Shown: positions 26,532 to 41,800 of the stretch, piece by piece
Numbering within the stretch: position 1 is the first letter of the stretch
How the letters are laid out: the number at the start of each line of letters is the position of its first letter
Assembly: GCF_963921235.1 (NCBI RefSeq)
Contig: NC_086109.1
Coordinates: 17,734,001 to 17,798,000, forward strand
Direction of reading: 5' to 3'
Length of the DNA stretch: 64,000 nt
Source: Mobula hypostoma
Taxonomy: Eukaryota
Notes under the pieces: generated by a model
Database searches by the model: none
What the model was told of the DNA's origin: nothing
What the model saw: the letters and a program-made list of their open reading frames with translations, nothing else
Translations under genes and position numbers: made by a program

Positions 26532-26862
26532 TCATGCTTCACTGTTTGATGTTGATTTAGCATCCCCATGATCTGGCTGAGATACTTGGTTGCTAGCTTG
26601 CTCCAGGAAAGATGCGAAAGGATTCTCCTGATTACTTTCCATCGCTTGATAGACGAGAAAAAGGATTAGCAACACAATGATGAACAAGAGGATCCGCAGC
26701 CACATTGGCACAAGGCGCTGCACTGGGGTGTTCTCACTTGCACCTGAGAAGTTGCTTTTCTCCTTGTAGGTGCTTCTCATTGCAGCCCGCGTCACCAGAT
26801 CATCAAAATTATATTGAATTGGTCGACCTGCTGCTCCTTTGATTGGTCGGCGCCGCATTGCA
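26532..26862 (-). CDS. LEMD1: Last coding exon with transmembrane helix
   Basis: Acceptor tcttgtttctatgcacag|T completes Ser; [15 protein letters not shown]...[32 protein letters not shown] resembles the LAP2beta C-terminus; TGA at 26534-26532. Confidence 0.93.
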
Positions 26863-29800
26863 CTGTGCATAGAAACAAGAGAATACCTAACTTCATTACT
26901 GGAGTTATTTCTAGTACTCTGTTCACTCAGCACCTACGCCCAATCTGTTCCCCAACAGCCATCATTTTAAATTTAATAGGTATTGGGATAATTAGGCTGA
27001 TGAGTCTCTTACCTGATTCCTGCTGGAGTGCTCATTTCATCCGGAAACATTGGAGTCAACACATCTGCTTCCTTTGCATGAAAGAATAAATAATTTTTAA
27101 GTATCAATTTAATAGTCTTATTTCTTTTTAACATGTGGACACAACAGCCTTGGCTGAAATTGCAAAAAAAAATATAAACTTCTATTCCGAAATTTACAAA
27201 CCAGTAATACCACGTTACACCAAATGAATGCAAAATCAAGAATTCCATTTGTAAAACTTTCTCCAAAATATACACTTAAGCCAACACTGCAGAAACAGTT
27301 TTAATAAAAACATACAAATGATTCAGTAAAAATCACTCATTATTTATTAATAAAATTGACAGCATCTTGCATAGGACAAAAGAAAATGATTGCACATAGA
27401 AAGACGAGATTCCAGAGGCTCAACTTTATCAGATACACATGTAAAGTTTCAGAACAAGTTTATCCTGCTGTACACTTCTTTAAACAAGTTTCTCTTCTTA
27501 AGGTGCAGCCTGTTGTAGTGCCACAAACCAATGATAAACAAATCTATGCCAAATCTTCAGTATGTATAACCTATTCTATTAGGGGAATACAACAGCTTTA
27601 TAAATCAAGCTGACATTTATGAGTACTGGACACCGAATGACAACTAGTATTTGGAAGTGAAGCTAAAGATTTTCAGCTCTTTATTAGCCCAAAGGCAAAA
27701 TCTAATTAGCATTCCAGCCAAATTCTGTTTCTGCATACTTTGATCATGCTGTTCACAAAAAGGAGTGCATGTTTACAACAAATTTGATGACTAACACAGA
27801 TTCATCTGTGTGCTAAATAAACCTGTGCTTGCAAGTTCATTTATTTAGACCAGAGAACTAATAATTACTAAATTGCAGATCACTAGCCATTGTCAAGAGA
27901 AGGATTTGATAGCCATCTGCAACAAATGCAAGCATATTCAATGTTTGCTACTTTCAATTAACTTTCAACTACCGTAAATTACGGTGTATAAGCCGAGAAT
28001 TTGGCCCTATATTTTGGTTCTAAGTTTAGGGGGTCAGCTTATACAGAGGGTGCCAACTTTGGAAAAACAAATACACGGAAGACAGGTCGTATTTATTGGC
28101 TGTTTTTGAGTCAGATACACAAAAAGATACAAATGCTTATGAAATCTACACAAGAAAAAGATCTACAAAACACATTCTGTTTCTCAATTTACTTGTACAC
28201 ACCGTTGTTGTCAAATGTTCAGAGCTTGAAACTCTCACACTCTTCATTATCTGACTCTCCGAAAATTGCATCCCATTCTTCGGCGCATGAATTCTTTGAA
28301 TGGTTTGTTTAAACTCACATCTAGTGGCTGGAGCACGGACGTTAAACCACCGGGGATGACTGCAATGTCCGTATTTTCAGCTTGCAATGCTGCTTTTGTC
28401 TCACCCGACAAGTGTGCTTTGAACATGTTCCAGACTTTTCCTTCCTGAAACCTTCGGGACATCGACGCCACACCTCTGACCCACCTCAAGCAACCCGCTT
28501 CGTCCATCCAGCCACGTTCTTGAACGTAAACAACAACAACATCCTGCAGGAATTTTTCTTTCTTTGGGAATGTTTTTCTCTTTTAAAAAAAAACATCAGT
28601 GGTAGTTTGGTCCCATCAGCCATACACGTTAACACGACAGTAAAATGTTGCTTCTTGTGTCCAGATGTTTTGACAAGGACTGTTTTCTCCCCCTTCTGAT
28701 TGACAGTGCAGTTGCCAAGAAAATCAAAGGACATTGGTGTCTCGTCCATGTTACCAATCAGTGAGAGCACTTAAGAATGTGCCTTTCGATGCTTGATTAC
28801 AAACGATTGGAAGGCTGTAATCTTATTCTCAAGGTCACTCGGCAACTTCTGAGCAATCTTTGTTTTTTGTCTCAACATAAGATTACGTCTATTCATAAAT
28901 CGGGTGCACCAACTTCGTGTGCTTTGAAATTTCGCTGACCTCATGGTGTTTTTCATCCCATTTCAACGCTTGAACTCCAATCATTTCTCTGGTAACAACG
29001 TATCCAGACGATCGCTGGTAACTAACCCACTCTAAAACTTTTTCTTACGGTTCTGGCCTCTGGCATGTTTTCCCGCGGCTTGCAAATTTCATCTTTGGCA
29101 CTTCCCTCAGCATGTCCTCTGCCTTTCTTCACTCTCTCACTTGTTTCTCGTTTACACTAAACTTCTTAGCAGCTGCAAATTATTTGTTCCTTTAGCAAAA
29201 TCAACAACCTTCAGCTTGAAGCCAGCATCATATCGCATTCGTTTTAATCTTTTGTACATGATGGTCGCAAACTCAATACTGAGTACACATACTGATCCCG
29301 CCACCCCGTGTTATGTTTTAACGAGATTATGATGGGCGCTAAATGGTTTCATGGGGATTGTATTACATTTTCAGAGGATTCTTTACATTGGGAACCTAAT
29401 CCAAAACTTCCCTCCCTGACTTATTTAATAAGAATTCGCTTATAACACTCTACAATGCGTAGGCCTATTTTCTTAGCAGGTACTGGATTTCCAGGTTCTG
29501 GATCTGGCAAAGCTGAGTACCGGCATGTGAGATCTTGTGATCTTTTCTGATTAAATTAAAAATCTCTAGAAAAGGGGTCGACTTATACAAAAGTAACACT
29601 TAACTTTGAAAATGAGGGGGGTCAGCTTATACACCAGAATTTACAGTACTTATATTAACTGATAAGTAGTCCTCCATATTAAATGTTGCTCTTTAAAGAT
29701 TAGTAATTAAAATATTAAATATGCTGTTACTTTTAAGGATAGCATATTACATAAATTGCAGTGAATTTTTTCAAAGATGAATAATATAACAAGAATGTGG

Positions 29801-32800
29801 TAAGAGCTTAACATTCATTCTGATGTTGATTAATAGGGAATGGGCTATTTATAAACTGTCAGTTACTTGCCCTGTGGATACCGAATATAGCTAGGAACTT
29901 CCTTTGCTTGTCAACACAAGAGCCATAACATATACTAGTACCTAGTGGTCATTTCCAGAGGCAACCAAGCCAACAGGAAAGAAACTCAAAATTTTCTGCC
30001 CCCTTCTAGGCAGAAAAGCCTTTTCCAACCTTGCTCCTGACATTTTCTTTAATCACCAACCTACAGTCCCAGTTTAAAATAATCCTTATTCTGCAACAAT
30101 GTCCACTCATGTTAAAGCAAACAAATACTGTATTGATATATAAGGAAGATGATCTCAGCCACTCAGAGGTTCTCTCAAGGTGAGTTTGCAGCAAATATTT
30201 ATAGTTCTTATTTTCCTCCTTTCATTAAAATATTTCACTAATAGTTGCTAATACCAACTGCATTTTGCAGGACCAGCAGATATTCTCCTGTTTTCATAGC
30301 TCCATCCTTAGATTAGTTTCCTTCGTGAGTCAACAGTCCTGTATGGCCTTCAGATCCCCTTGCTTCCATCCTCTATACAGCAATGGAGAGAGTTCAGTAT
30401 TGCTAGCTTCTGAGCCACTACAGCCCTAAATGGGTCATGCCTAGCCATAAATAGAGCACATATCCATCGTAAGATCCATTTTGTTTCTAAATGTCTACTG
30501 CTCTAATGAATCCCAATATTTTGAATTTAGAATATTTCTTAACAAAGCAATGTGTTAAATTTCTTTTTAGCACACAGTTGAACTTAGTGACTACTGTATA
30601 GTAATAATCTCTATTCTGGGTTCCTCCCACAATCATTAGCGTCATCTTCACTTGATCTTGTATTGCTTCAAACTCCTCTTCTCTAGAAATAAAATGCCTT
30701 GGCTAGTTAAGCCATTCAGCTCTGGCAGCTTCCATGCAAATCTTTAATACACCTTCTCCTACTCATGTCTTTATATCCTATCTGAATAGAAATTAGAACG
30801 TTCAAAGGTAGTGCAATGTTGAATCACAATACTTTTCATAACTTCTATTTTTCAAATCTGCAATTAACTCATGATTTCTATTTCCATTCTCTTAATAACC
30901 CTCCATAATATTATTGTTGCACTTGTAACACAAATTTCTTTGCTCCATTTAGATTCACTTCCAATGTTGTATGGGGCCTCTTTAAAAAAAAAAATCCCAA
31001 AATACATCATCTTCTGATCATTTCAAATTTTAAGTTGCCAAATACACATAATTTCTGTATTATTTTTTGTATTTTGACATAACTCTCAGTATTGACTTGC
31101 TGTTTGCCTCTTAAGGCAAATCATATTTTTGATCCAGATTATTTAAGTAAATTATAGTGTGTGATTCCAGCCCAAGCTTTTGTTGAACACAACTTCTTTA
31201 CCCATGGTTCAACTGGGTAACTTCTACTTGCTACTTTCTATTCATCCTAAAATTTGTCCCTTCACTTTGGACAATAATCATGTTGCAATTCAAATTGTTA
31301 AAAAAAAGGTTTGTGAAAAAGCATGTGACATTTTAAATAATATAGGTAAGCAATCAAAACTAAGGTGTATTTGCAACAGAGGAAAAGAATACACACATTT
31401 CAGAAGTTTGCAAAAAGTACTTTTCCATTCACATGCTTCCTTCATGTAAATGGTCAGTTTTAGAAACTTAAAGAGACAACACTGAGTAGAAAGCATTCAT
31501 TGTAAGTGATGATCACAAGTAACATTATTGAACCACTAACATAATTACCTTTATTTGTCTTGATTTTCTTGCATCAGTGACAGTGACTTTTGATGTACTG
31601 TGTACATCATGAAGTACATATGAAGTACCTAAAGATAGATACATTAATAAATAGATACATTAATAAATCTAAAGCACACCTTAAAATTTGAATAAAAGCA
31701 GAACGTAACTGGGAAATCATACTGTATCAACTACACCATTCTGAATTTACTTCAACTTATTGTTGCCAAACAATTGATACTAGAGCGTACAATCATCACA
31801 GCGATATTTGATTCTGCGCTTTGCGCTCCCTGGATTACAAATTGATAGTAAATATTAAAAATTTAAATTATAAATCATAAATAGAAAATAGAAAAGGGAA
31901 AGTAAGGTAGTGCAAAAAAAAAAACCCGAGAGACAGGTCCGGATATTTGGAGGGTCCGGCCCAGATCCAGGTCAGGATCTGTTCAACAGTCTTATCACAG
32001 TTGGAAAGAAGCTCTGAATTTTAATCTTACTTTTCAATGAAAGAAGCGCTTACACTGTACTTATGAAGTCACTTCTAATGCACCTGTTCTGAAAGTATAA
32101 ACAGAAGTAAACAAAAGGCTGCATTTTGAAGCCTAGGATCAAAGAATACTCAAGACTATTAAATGGTTCCCTAGAAAAATAAGATGGAGTCTTGATTGCC
32201 ATCTACTTCATTATAATCTTGCACTTTATTGTTTACCTGCACTGCACCTGCTGTACTTTTTTTTTGCATTGTTATTGTTTTACCATGTTCTACCTTAATG
32301 CACTGTGCAATAATTTGATTTGTACAAACAATAAGGCAAGCTTTTCACAATCTCAGTATGTGACACTAATACACCAATTCATAACATTAAGGGAACAATT
32401 TTAGTGTCTTCTTTTAGGTAACTAAAGAAAAAGTTACCTCACATTTTAAAAAAAGTTTAAATGGCTTCAATAATGAAAAGTAGACTCAAGAAGGGAATAG
32501 TTGCATGCTAATATGCTTAGCCATACATTATGATCATACTGACACTATGATCATGATGACATGAAGCAGCTGCATAAAAAGTTGGCAGCAATTAGGTGGT
32601 ATTGGATATTAAGTACAACTTGATAGTACGTCACCTCAATTACTTGAAGCACTGCCAAAATGAATCTCATTGTAAATTACCAATTTTTGAAATAATATCT
32701 AGGTAAATAAAATTTACTGCATTTATCAAAATTAGGGTCTAAATTTGCATTATTCTCCAGAAAAAGCAGCCAAAGAAATTCATAATCTCTTAATTTCAAA

Positions 32801-35800
32801 ACCAAGAACAAAAAGTTTAGCCAGCTTTTTACATCAAATAGTATAATAAACATCAATTATTTGCTGTTCTGGGGCTCTCCATACACTAAGCTTTTCTTAT
32901 ACTCTGTGCATAGCCTAGAGTACAAAAACAGCTTTTTAAATACAACAGCAGAAGAGTGCAATTTTATTCTCTCCCACCCCCACACAATTCTCTTTTGGGG
33001 ACATGGGTGTTGATACCCGAAATATACTGTGCAGAATACTTTCCTCGGACCTCAATTGTTCATGCTCATCTCCACATTTTTTTTTAAATTAAGGGGTAAT
33101 CTGCCAAAGTTAGCAGAATAGCTGGCTTTTAAATTGGCAATAACATTCAGGCAACAAAATATCTTTGACCTGCCCAAGCATAATGTCTAGCTACAACTTA
33201 CCAATTTTGCTCTGTGTGGAGCTCTCAGGAGGAAAATCTGCAATAGAAATATTATAATTCTGTAAAATGTACAATTTTATTCAAACATGTTGCTAGGCTG
33301 AATCATACCAATATTTACAGAACTTCTGCTTTTCAATTCTGTCCCTTCAATCAATTCATTCACCTCTCCCCTGCTTTAATTTTATTAATGTATTCATAAT
33401 TCTGATTACCTTGTTCCAGTTAGACTCTCAATTCCAGAGCTGCATGGAACCCCCTTATTCTTACTACAATATACAGTTGCAAGAAAATGTTTGTGAACCC
33501 TTTGTAATTAACTAGTTTTCTGCATTAGTTACTCATAAAATGTGGTCTGATCTTCATCCAAGTCACAATAATAGAAAAACCCAATCTGCCTAATCTAATA
33601 ACACAGAAACAACTGTACTTTTCATGTCTTTATTGAACACATTGTTTCACAGTCCAGGTTGGAAAAAGTATGTAAACCCTTGTATTTGATAACTAGTAAA
33701 AGTCCTTTAGCAGCAGTAACCTCCACCAAACGTTCCCTGTAGCTGCAAATCAGATTTGCACAAGGAGGAATTTTAGACCATTCCCTTCTACAAAACTGTT
33801 TTAGTTTATCAATATTTCTGGGATAACTTGCATGAACAGCCCTCTTCAGGTCATGCCCCAGCATCTTAATTGTGTTAGGGTCTGGACTCTAACTTGGCCA
33901 TTCCAAAACATTAAGTTTTCTTCTTTTTAAACCATTCTGTTGTTGGTTTACTCTTGTATTTTGGATCATTAACTTGCCGACTTCTAATAAGCTTCAGGTG
34001 ACTCTGCACTACCCCGACATTCTCCTGCAAATGTATTAATACAATTTCGAATTGTTCCATCAACGGTTGCAAGCTGTACAGGCCCTGAGGCAGCAAAACA
34101 GCCCCAAACCATGATGCTCCTTCCACCATGCTTCACAGTTGGGATGAGGTTTTGGTGTTGGTGTGCAGTGCCCTATTTCCTCCAAACATAGCAGTGTGCA
34201 TTTCTGTCAAAAAGTTCAACTTTTGTCTTGTCCGTCCACAGAACACTGTCCCAGAAGCACTGTGGAGCATCCAGATGGGCTTTGCAAATTTGAGATGTAC
34301 AGCAATGGTTTATTTGGAGAGCAGTGGTTTCCTCTATGGAACACCATTCATGCTCAGTGTTTTTCTTATAGTGGACACATGAACAGACTTTAGTAAGTTC
34401 TAGAGATTTCTGTAGGTCTTTTGCTGTTACTCTTGGGCTCAAAGTCTACTTTTGTGCTTTTAATTAAACCTCAGCATGCTTTACAATAGTCTACTTAATT
34501 AAGAATAAAAACATGGTGCTGCCTGACCTGCTGAAGCTCCTCCAGCACACTGTATATGTATTGCAAGGATTAAGATGTGCAGACACTGTATAGTTACCCA
34601 AGCTGAACACGGCCTTGAGAACCTAGTGGCCCTTTACACAGCTTTTGTTCAAGTCATCCGTTTTACCAATTCACAGGTATTATTGGCCTTCAATGCTTAG
34701 ATTTTTATGGTTATTAGCACCTGAAATATATTATGATTGATACTTATATATGCAAATAATATGCAAACAAGTGCTCAAAGTTTCTATTGAATCAATATCC
34801 GTATAAAAATTAACAAGTGTAAGTTATCAGAGTCCAATTGATCGGCAATGAAACTGGCAGATTACAAACTTTAGGCTGCAGAGATTACCTGGTACAGCAG
34901 ATTCATCTACTGTTCCTCATCTTGGGTGATAATTCTCTCTTTTTTTTTCTTCTTATAGAAACATCTGCATTACTCTAGACTATGTGAAACGGAGACATCT
35001 CTTTCTCCCTTATAGGGAGAGAGAGAGCACCTGTGGTACGTTGAATACTGGGCGAACCAGTAGTCTTTGGGGCACTGCTGTTGCTTTGCTACACGCTTGA
35101 GTGTCGGGGGTGGGTGCCAATGTTTTTTTTTGCTGGTGGCGGGGGAGGGGGAATCGTTGCTTTGCTGCTGTTTATGCGTGGAGGGGGGCTAACTGGGGGA
35201 GTTTGGGGTTCTAACATTTAATTCATTCTTCGGGAGCACTCCTCTGTTTTCGTGGATGTTTGCGAAGAAAAAGCATTTCAGGATGTATATTGTATACATT
35301 TCTGACAGTAAATATACCCTTGAAACACCAAAGTTACTCTGCACAAATTTTATCGTATTATACAACAATCCACAATGAATATTTGCACAACAGGATTCCC
35401 TCTAGGTGGGATACAAATAAGGAAGGTAAACCCGAATTTTAATCCACAGACTTTGGTATGGACAGCAGTTAATCATCACTTTGCTTATTAAAACAACTAT
35501 AAAATACATTTCCAAATAAAGCAGCGCTTCATATAACCAATATATACAAATTATGTTTATAAAGCACCTTTAACATAAATCATCCCAAGGCACTTTATAG
35601 GATCATTATCATTTAACTGAAACAAAAGGAAATACCATGACAGATGCAGCAGCTTAGTCAGAACTAGACTGAGGAGTATCTAATATTGTGAAATTAAAAA
35701 CAATATTTGAGAAAAGAATGCTAGAGGTTGGCCCTTAGGGACCTCAAATAATAAAAAGGCAGAGAATTATATTCCGTAATGATCAAGAGTCTATATACCT

Positions 35801-38800
35801 TGAAGATGCTGCAGGGCTGAAGGGGATTATAAAGAGAGGGAGGGATATAGTCATGGAGATATTCATAACCAAGATTAAGTACCTTAAAATTGAGATTTTG
35901 CGTAACTAGCAGTCAATGCTGTTTAAAAAAATGGGTTGGGTGAATCAGATTTAACACAAAGATGCAAATAATAGTATCTGAAGCAACAAACAATCTAGAG
36001 CCAGAGTTTCACGTGAGAACATTGACAATTTGTTTCTTCATCACAGATGATACTCAATTACATGAATTTATGATCCAAAGCTCCCACTTAAATTTAATAT
36101 GACAAAGTAATGCAAAGTCTGGTCGAGTTCAAAGAGTTTCAAGGGTCCAAAAATCACTGGATAGTACATGACAGTAACTTTAGTAGATCCAGACTTTGAG
36201 ATGGTAAGCAAGAAATTTATTCCCAGTACTGGATGCCAGCAAGTTGTTTAACAACGTAGAAACAGTGAGAAGAAAATTCAATAAAAAATAAATATTTCTA
36301 TTAAATTAACAAACTTCATGGAAAATGGGTTTACTGAGATGCCTCATGGACACATTACTGATTTATTGTGTTTTTACTTTAAATTTGAATTAGGGGAACA
36401 AATTCCAAAATGGGCAGAGGCTACCTCTAAACTCAAATTTACAAACATCAAAAATGTTTAGTGTGAGCCATCATATGCATTACAAATTCAAACCTGTTAC
36501 AGAAACTGGAGTTCAAGTTTATCATCAATCACTTATGTAAGCAATTTTTTTTAAATTACTGGAGTTGACCATATTACATAGTATTTGCTTGCCTAACTTT
36601 CTATCACTTTGTAATTTAAACTGGGCACCCTAGCCTTTCACATACGTGTTTTGTCAACCCCTACAGTAGAGGACTGAAGAATTCCCTTTGAAATAAAAAC
36701 AATTCACTTTATGGAATTTTAGTTTTTCTGACAATTCCACTATTTATTGCTATTCCTAAAGATTATTAGGAAGGTTACAGTACTGCAGTTTCACAAGCCT
36801 GTATACAATCATTACCAAGTAGCTGTACATCAATTCTCCCTTATTAGAAGGGCTCTTGACCTAGTCTGAATATTATGGGTTCCAACTACATTAAAGAATC
36901 CAAGCTGACACCTCAGGGCATTACAGAGGAGAGTGCTACTTGCAGCTTAGCCTCCAAGAAAACACAACTAATTCAGCATGGTAGCAACATTTACAAGCTG
37001 CCTTGAAAATGCCCAGTATACACTCAGTGGCCACTTTATTAGATACACCTGCTCATTAATGCAAATATCTAATCAGCCAATCATGTGGTAGAAACTCAAT
37101 ACAGCAAAACATGCAGATATGGTCAAGAGGTTCAGTTGTTCAGAATGGGGAAGAAACGTGATCTAACTGACTTTGACTGTGGAATGATTGTTGGTGCCAG
37201 AGGGGGTAATTCAGAAACTTCTGATCTCCTGTGACTTTCATGTATAACAGTCTCTGGAACGTGAAGAGAATGGTGTGAAAAACAAAAAAAAAACAACCAG
37301 TGAGCAGCAGTACTGTGGACAAAAATGCACTGCAGATGAGAGAGGTCAGAGGAAAATGGCCAAGGCGTTCAAGCTGACAGTAACTTAAAACAACAAGTGT
37401 GCAGAAAAGCATCTCTGTTTGCATAACACATGAAACCTTGACATGGATGGGCTACAGTAGCAGGCCATAACTAAGTTCCTTTCCTGTACCCAATAAAGTG
37501 GCCAAGTGTATAATGCTTTAAAAAACTTAAGAGCAACATGACAGCAGTAACGCAAAGGAACAACATCCCTAAGAATGAGTTATTGAATTATAGACCACCA
37601 CGCTGCACTGTGTAACAAACATCAATTTTACTGATATACTTGAAAGGTGATATGCGTCTTCAGCAGGAGTTAAAGGACAAAGTTTGCCACCAAGTGCAGG
37701 TGTAGGAGCTATGAATTCTGTGCTGTGCACTTAAGTGTATCGTGGTAACCAGTCACATTAGTGAGGGTGTAGTAAGAACAAAGGGAATAAGTTTTGTATT
37801 CTTGCATATGTCATGGCATATGGAGGAACTGAGGGAAATAAATGTCAGTAGGGAAGTGGTGTTAGGTAAATTGAAGGGATTGAAGGCAGATAAATCCCCA
37901 GGGCCAAATGGTCTGCATCCTAGAGTGCTTAAGGAAGTAGCCCAAGAAATAGTGGATGCATTAGTGATAATTTTTCAAAACTCTTTAGATTCTGGATTAG
38001 TTCCTGAGGATTGGAGGGTGGCTAATGTAACCCCACTTTTTAAAAAAAAGGAGAGAGAAACCGGGGAATTATAGACCGGTAAGCCTGACATCGGTGGTGG
38101 GGAAAGTGCTAGAGTCAGTTATCAAAGATGTGATAACAGCACATTTGGAAAGCGGTGAAATCATCGGACAAAGTCAGCATGGATTTCTGAAAGGAAAATC
38201 ATGTCTGGCGAATCTCAGAATTTTTTTGAGGGTGTAACTAGTAGAGTGGATAAGGAAGAACCAGTGGATGTGGTATATTTGGATTTTCAAAAGGCTTTTG
38301 ACAAGGTCCCACACAGGAGATTAGTGAGCAAACTTAAAGCACACGGTATTGCGGGTATGGTATTGATGTGGATAGAGAATTGGTTGGCAGACAGGAAGCA
38401 TAAGGTGAGAATAAACGGGGACCTTTTCAGAATGGCAGGCAGTGACTAGTGAGGTATCGCAAGGCTCAGTGCTGGGACCCCAGTTGTTTACAATATACAG
38501 TAATGACTTAGACGAGGGAATTAAATGCAGCATCTCCAAGTTTGCAGATGACATGAAGCTGGGCGACAGTGTTAGCTGTGAGGAGGATGCTAGGAGGATG
38601 CAGGGTGACTTGGATATGTTAGGTGAGTGGGAAAATTCATGGCAGATGCAATTTAATGTGGATAAATGTGAGGTTATCCACTTTGGTGGCAAGAACAGGA
38701 AAACATTATTATCTGAATGGTGGCCGATTAGGAAAAGGGGAGGTGCAACGAGACCTGGGCATCATTGTACACCAGTCATTGAAAGTGGGCATGCAGGTAC

Positions 38801-41800
38801 AGCAGGTGGTGAAAAAGGCAAATGGTATGCTGGCATTCATAGCAAGAGGATTCGAGTACAGGAGCAGGAAGGTACTACTGCAGTTGCACAAGGCCTTGGT
38901 GAGACCACACCTGGAGTATTGTGTGCAGTTTTGGTCCCCTAATCTGAGGAAAGACATCCTTGCCATAGAGGGAGTACAAAGAAGGTTCACCAGATTGATT
39001 CCTGGGATGGCAGGACTTTCATACGATGAAAGAATGCATCGACTAGGCTTATACTCTCTGGAATTTAGAAGATTGAGGGGGGATCTTATTGAAATGTATA
39101 AAATTCTAACGGGATTGGACAGGCTAGATGCAGGAAGATTGTTCCCAATGTTGGGGAAGTCCATAACGAGGGGTCACAGTTTGAGGATAAAGGGGAAGCC
39201 TTTTAGGACCGAGATGAGGAAAAACTTCTTTACACAGAGAGTGGTGAATCTGTGGAATTCTCTGCCACAGGAAACAGCTGAGGCCCGTTCATTGGCTATA
39301 TTTAAGAGGGAGTTAGATATGGCCCTTGTGGCTAAAGGGATCAGGGGGTATGGAGAGAGGGCACGTACAGGGTTCTGAGTTGGATGATCAGCCATGATCA
39401 TCCCTAGTGGTGGTGCAGGCTCGAAGGGCCGAATGGCCTACTCCTGCACCTATTTCCTATGTTTCTATACTGTAGCTTGGGGCCAGTGGAGGTTACATCT
39501 TTCCTGACCACTTAATTTCAATTCAAGATTGAATGTTTGCTAATTGCTAATAAGGGATCAAAATGAGGAATTCAACTTTTGTTGCAATCATTTCATTGGA
39601 GCTGAGGGCAAATCATGCATGAATAACAACTACGTCTGGGGTCACAGGCTGGCAGCAATTATTTTGATTTTGGATTAAATTTACCTGCTGTAGCAGGTAA
39701 GGGTAACAAGGTATTCAATGAGCAAGGCACAGATTCTGCTTTTAACAGCGATACTGAAGAGTCAAATTAGAAAACAATGCTTACTAACCTTTCCGTCTTA
39801 GATGCTGCTTGATCTGCTGTACATTGCCAGACTTATTAATTTTGTCTGGTTTTCCCAACTGAGAGCTCACAGAGGAGATCAAAACTAAAATATAACCAGA
39901 AAGTGGCAGAAATACACAATCCAGCAATCTGGGAAGCATCCATGGAAAGGAAGGAACATAAAGCATTTAAATTTAATTACAATGAAGATAGGCTGACCAT
40001 ACCCCTCCAGTGATGCTTCAAGACCCACTGAGTACTGTAAACAGGAAATGCAGAAACTATTGATTGCCAGTAAAAGTAAAGATGATTTACCTTCTTCCTC
40101 TTCACTATCTGAGTATTGGTCAATATCACCAGTTCCATTTTGCTTGGGTGGGGGCACAGCTGAACGCTGTCCCATCAACTTCATGAGCTTCTTCTCATAA
40201 ACTGTCCTAGTAGATCCTACATGGAGATAGAAAAGGCAATGAATACAGATAAACTCTGTAGAACGACTGTTCAAGAAAATACCTAGTTTAGCATCTGGAA
40301 GAATGGTAGTAAATAAGTGAAAATTGAAAGTAAGTAACAAACTAGTTGATTTTGATTGCCTTTTCATTAACCTGGGAAGTACAGGATTAAATTTTACTTT
40401 TTCTGAATTTTGAAATATTCACTCACAGAAAACAGTAACAATTTGCATTTACATAGATTTCCAATGTAATAAAACATTCTAAAGGTGAGCTACAAAGATG
40501 TAACTAGACAAACTTTACAAATTTGAAGAAAAAGAATTTGGGTAAGCGACTAATACTTAATCAAGTGGGTTTTAGGCAGGAGCACTGAATACGTAGTGAA
40601 ATGGAAGGTTCAAGTGTTGGTAACGTGGTGGGGGTGGGGGTGAAATACCAAAGCCTAAGATGTACACAAAAGGAATGATTGATGTTAGAAATGACATAAC
40701 TAGAAGAAATTAACAAGCATTTGAAGGACAAATCATTGTGAACATACAGGGTACAGGCAAGAAGAAATTCCAACAATCTGCTGCCCAATTTAATCAGAAT
40801 TCTTGATGCTTTGGCGTTCAGCTAATTTTTTTTTTCCATACTGCCTTTAAATTCACTGGGTCCCGATTCCCTGCTCCCTTCAGATCATCAGGGCCCCATT
40901 CTCCACAATCCCTTTAACCTTGTGTGGCTCAGTAGAAAATTTATTATAATGCTGTGTAACACTCAATGCAAAACATAGGTGTGTCAGTGTGTTAATAGGA
41001 GCAATATTCAAGCAGCTGGAAAATCTGCCTGTAGTAACACCAAAATCCTCAGCTTGCTGAATTATCATAGTTTTATTATACAATGAGTTAACCCTGCATC
41101 TAAATGGAGAAGATGGATGTGTTGAGAAGAAAAGATTTTCAATTTTATGCTTACCCACAATTGGACCAGGTGTAACTCCATATTTCACAAGTTGCTCTTT
41201 CAAGTCTTCATCGCTCAGTTGCATGACATTCATATTTGTATAATTACCTGTACTCTTCGTCAATTTGGAAAGTTCCTTTGTTAAAAGGAAAACACAAAGG
41301 ACAAATAGAGAGTTTAATATTACTTGCAAAGGCTGATGTAATTTAAAGTCTTTAAATAACCCAGAATGAAACCTTTTTGTCATCATGATTTGAAATAACA
41401 GCCACCTTACATACAAAAGAACTTTTTGTAAGTTACATAAATCAGTGGCACAATCATCTTATCATGAAATGACCGCTGATGCAAAAAATTAATTAAACAA
41501 AAACACACAGTATTCCACTTACTTGCATTCTACTCAATAATGAAGATATTACATTAAAAATATTTTCACTAGACCATTCTTGTATGAGGAACAGATTCAG
41601 GGAGATAGAAATTAAATCATAAGAGTGATGGAAATCAGATTAGGCTCACTTATAGGGATGAAAGATGACCTGCTTTAAGTATATACAGCATCTCATTTAC
41701 ACACCTGTTATCTGCAACCTTCTATCTAGTTTCATGCTTTAGATTATCACACTAAAATGCCCATTTTGCTTAATACCTAGGAAAAGAAGTGGATGGAAAG

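Noticed and set aside
30600..30685. Acceptor-like tttatttctag followed by purine-rich sequence in intron 5
   Set aside because: Stop codon in the required phase 0; the surroundings look like old CR1 debris.
34889..34964. Possible extra minus-strand exon in intron 3 (atgcag|...CAG|gtaatc)
   Set aside because: In-frame TGA in the required phase, and a weak pyrimidine tract.
39681..39700. Short palindrome TTACCTGCT-GT-AGCAGGTAA
   Set aside because: A 9-bp stem with no supporting context; plausible by chance in 64 kb.
33238..40090. A LAP2alpha-type large terminal exon after the LEM exon
   Set aside because: No long minus-strand host ORF here; the interval is filled by CR1, Tc1 and other repeats.
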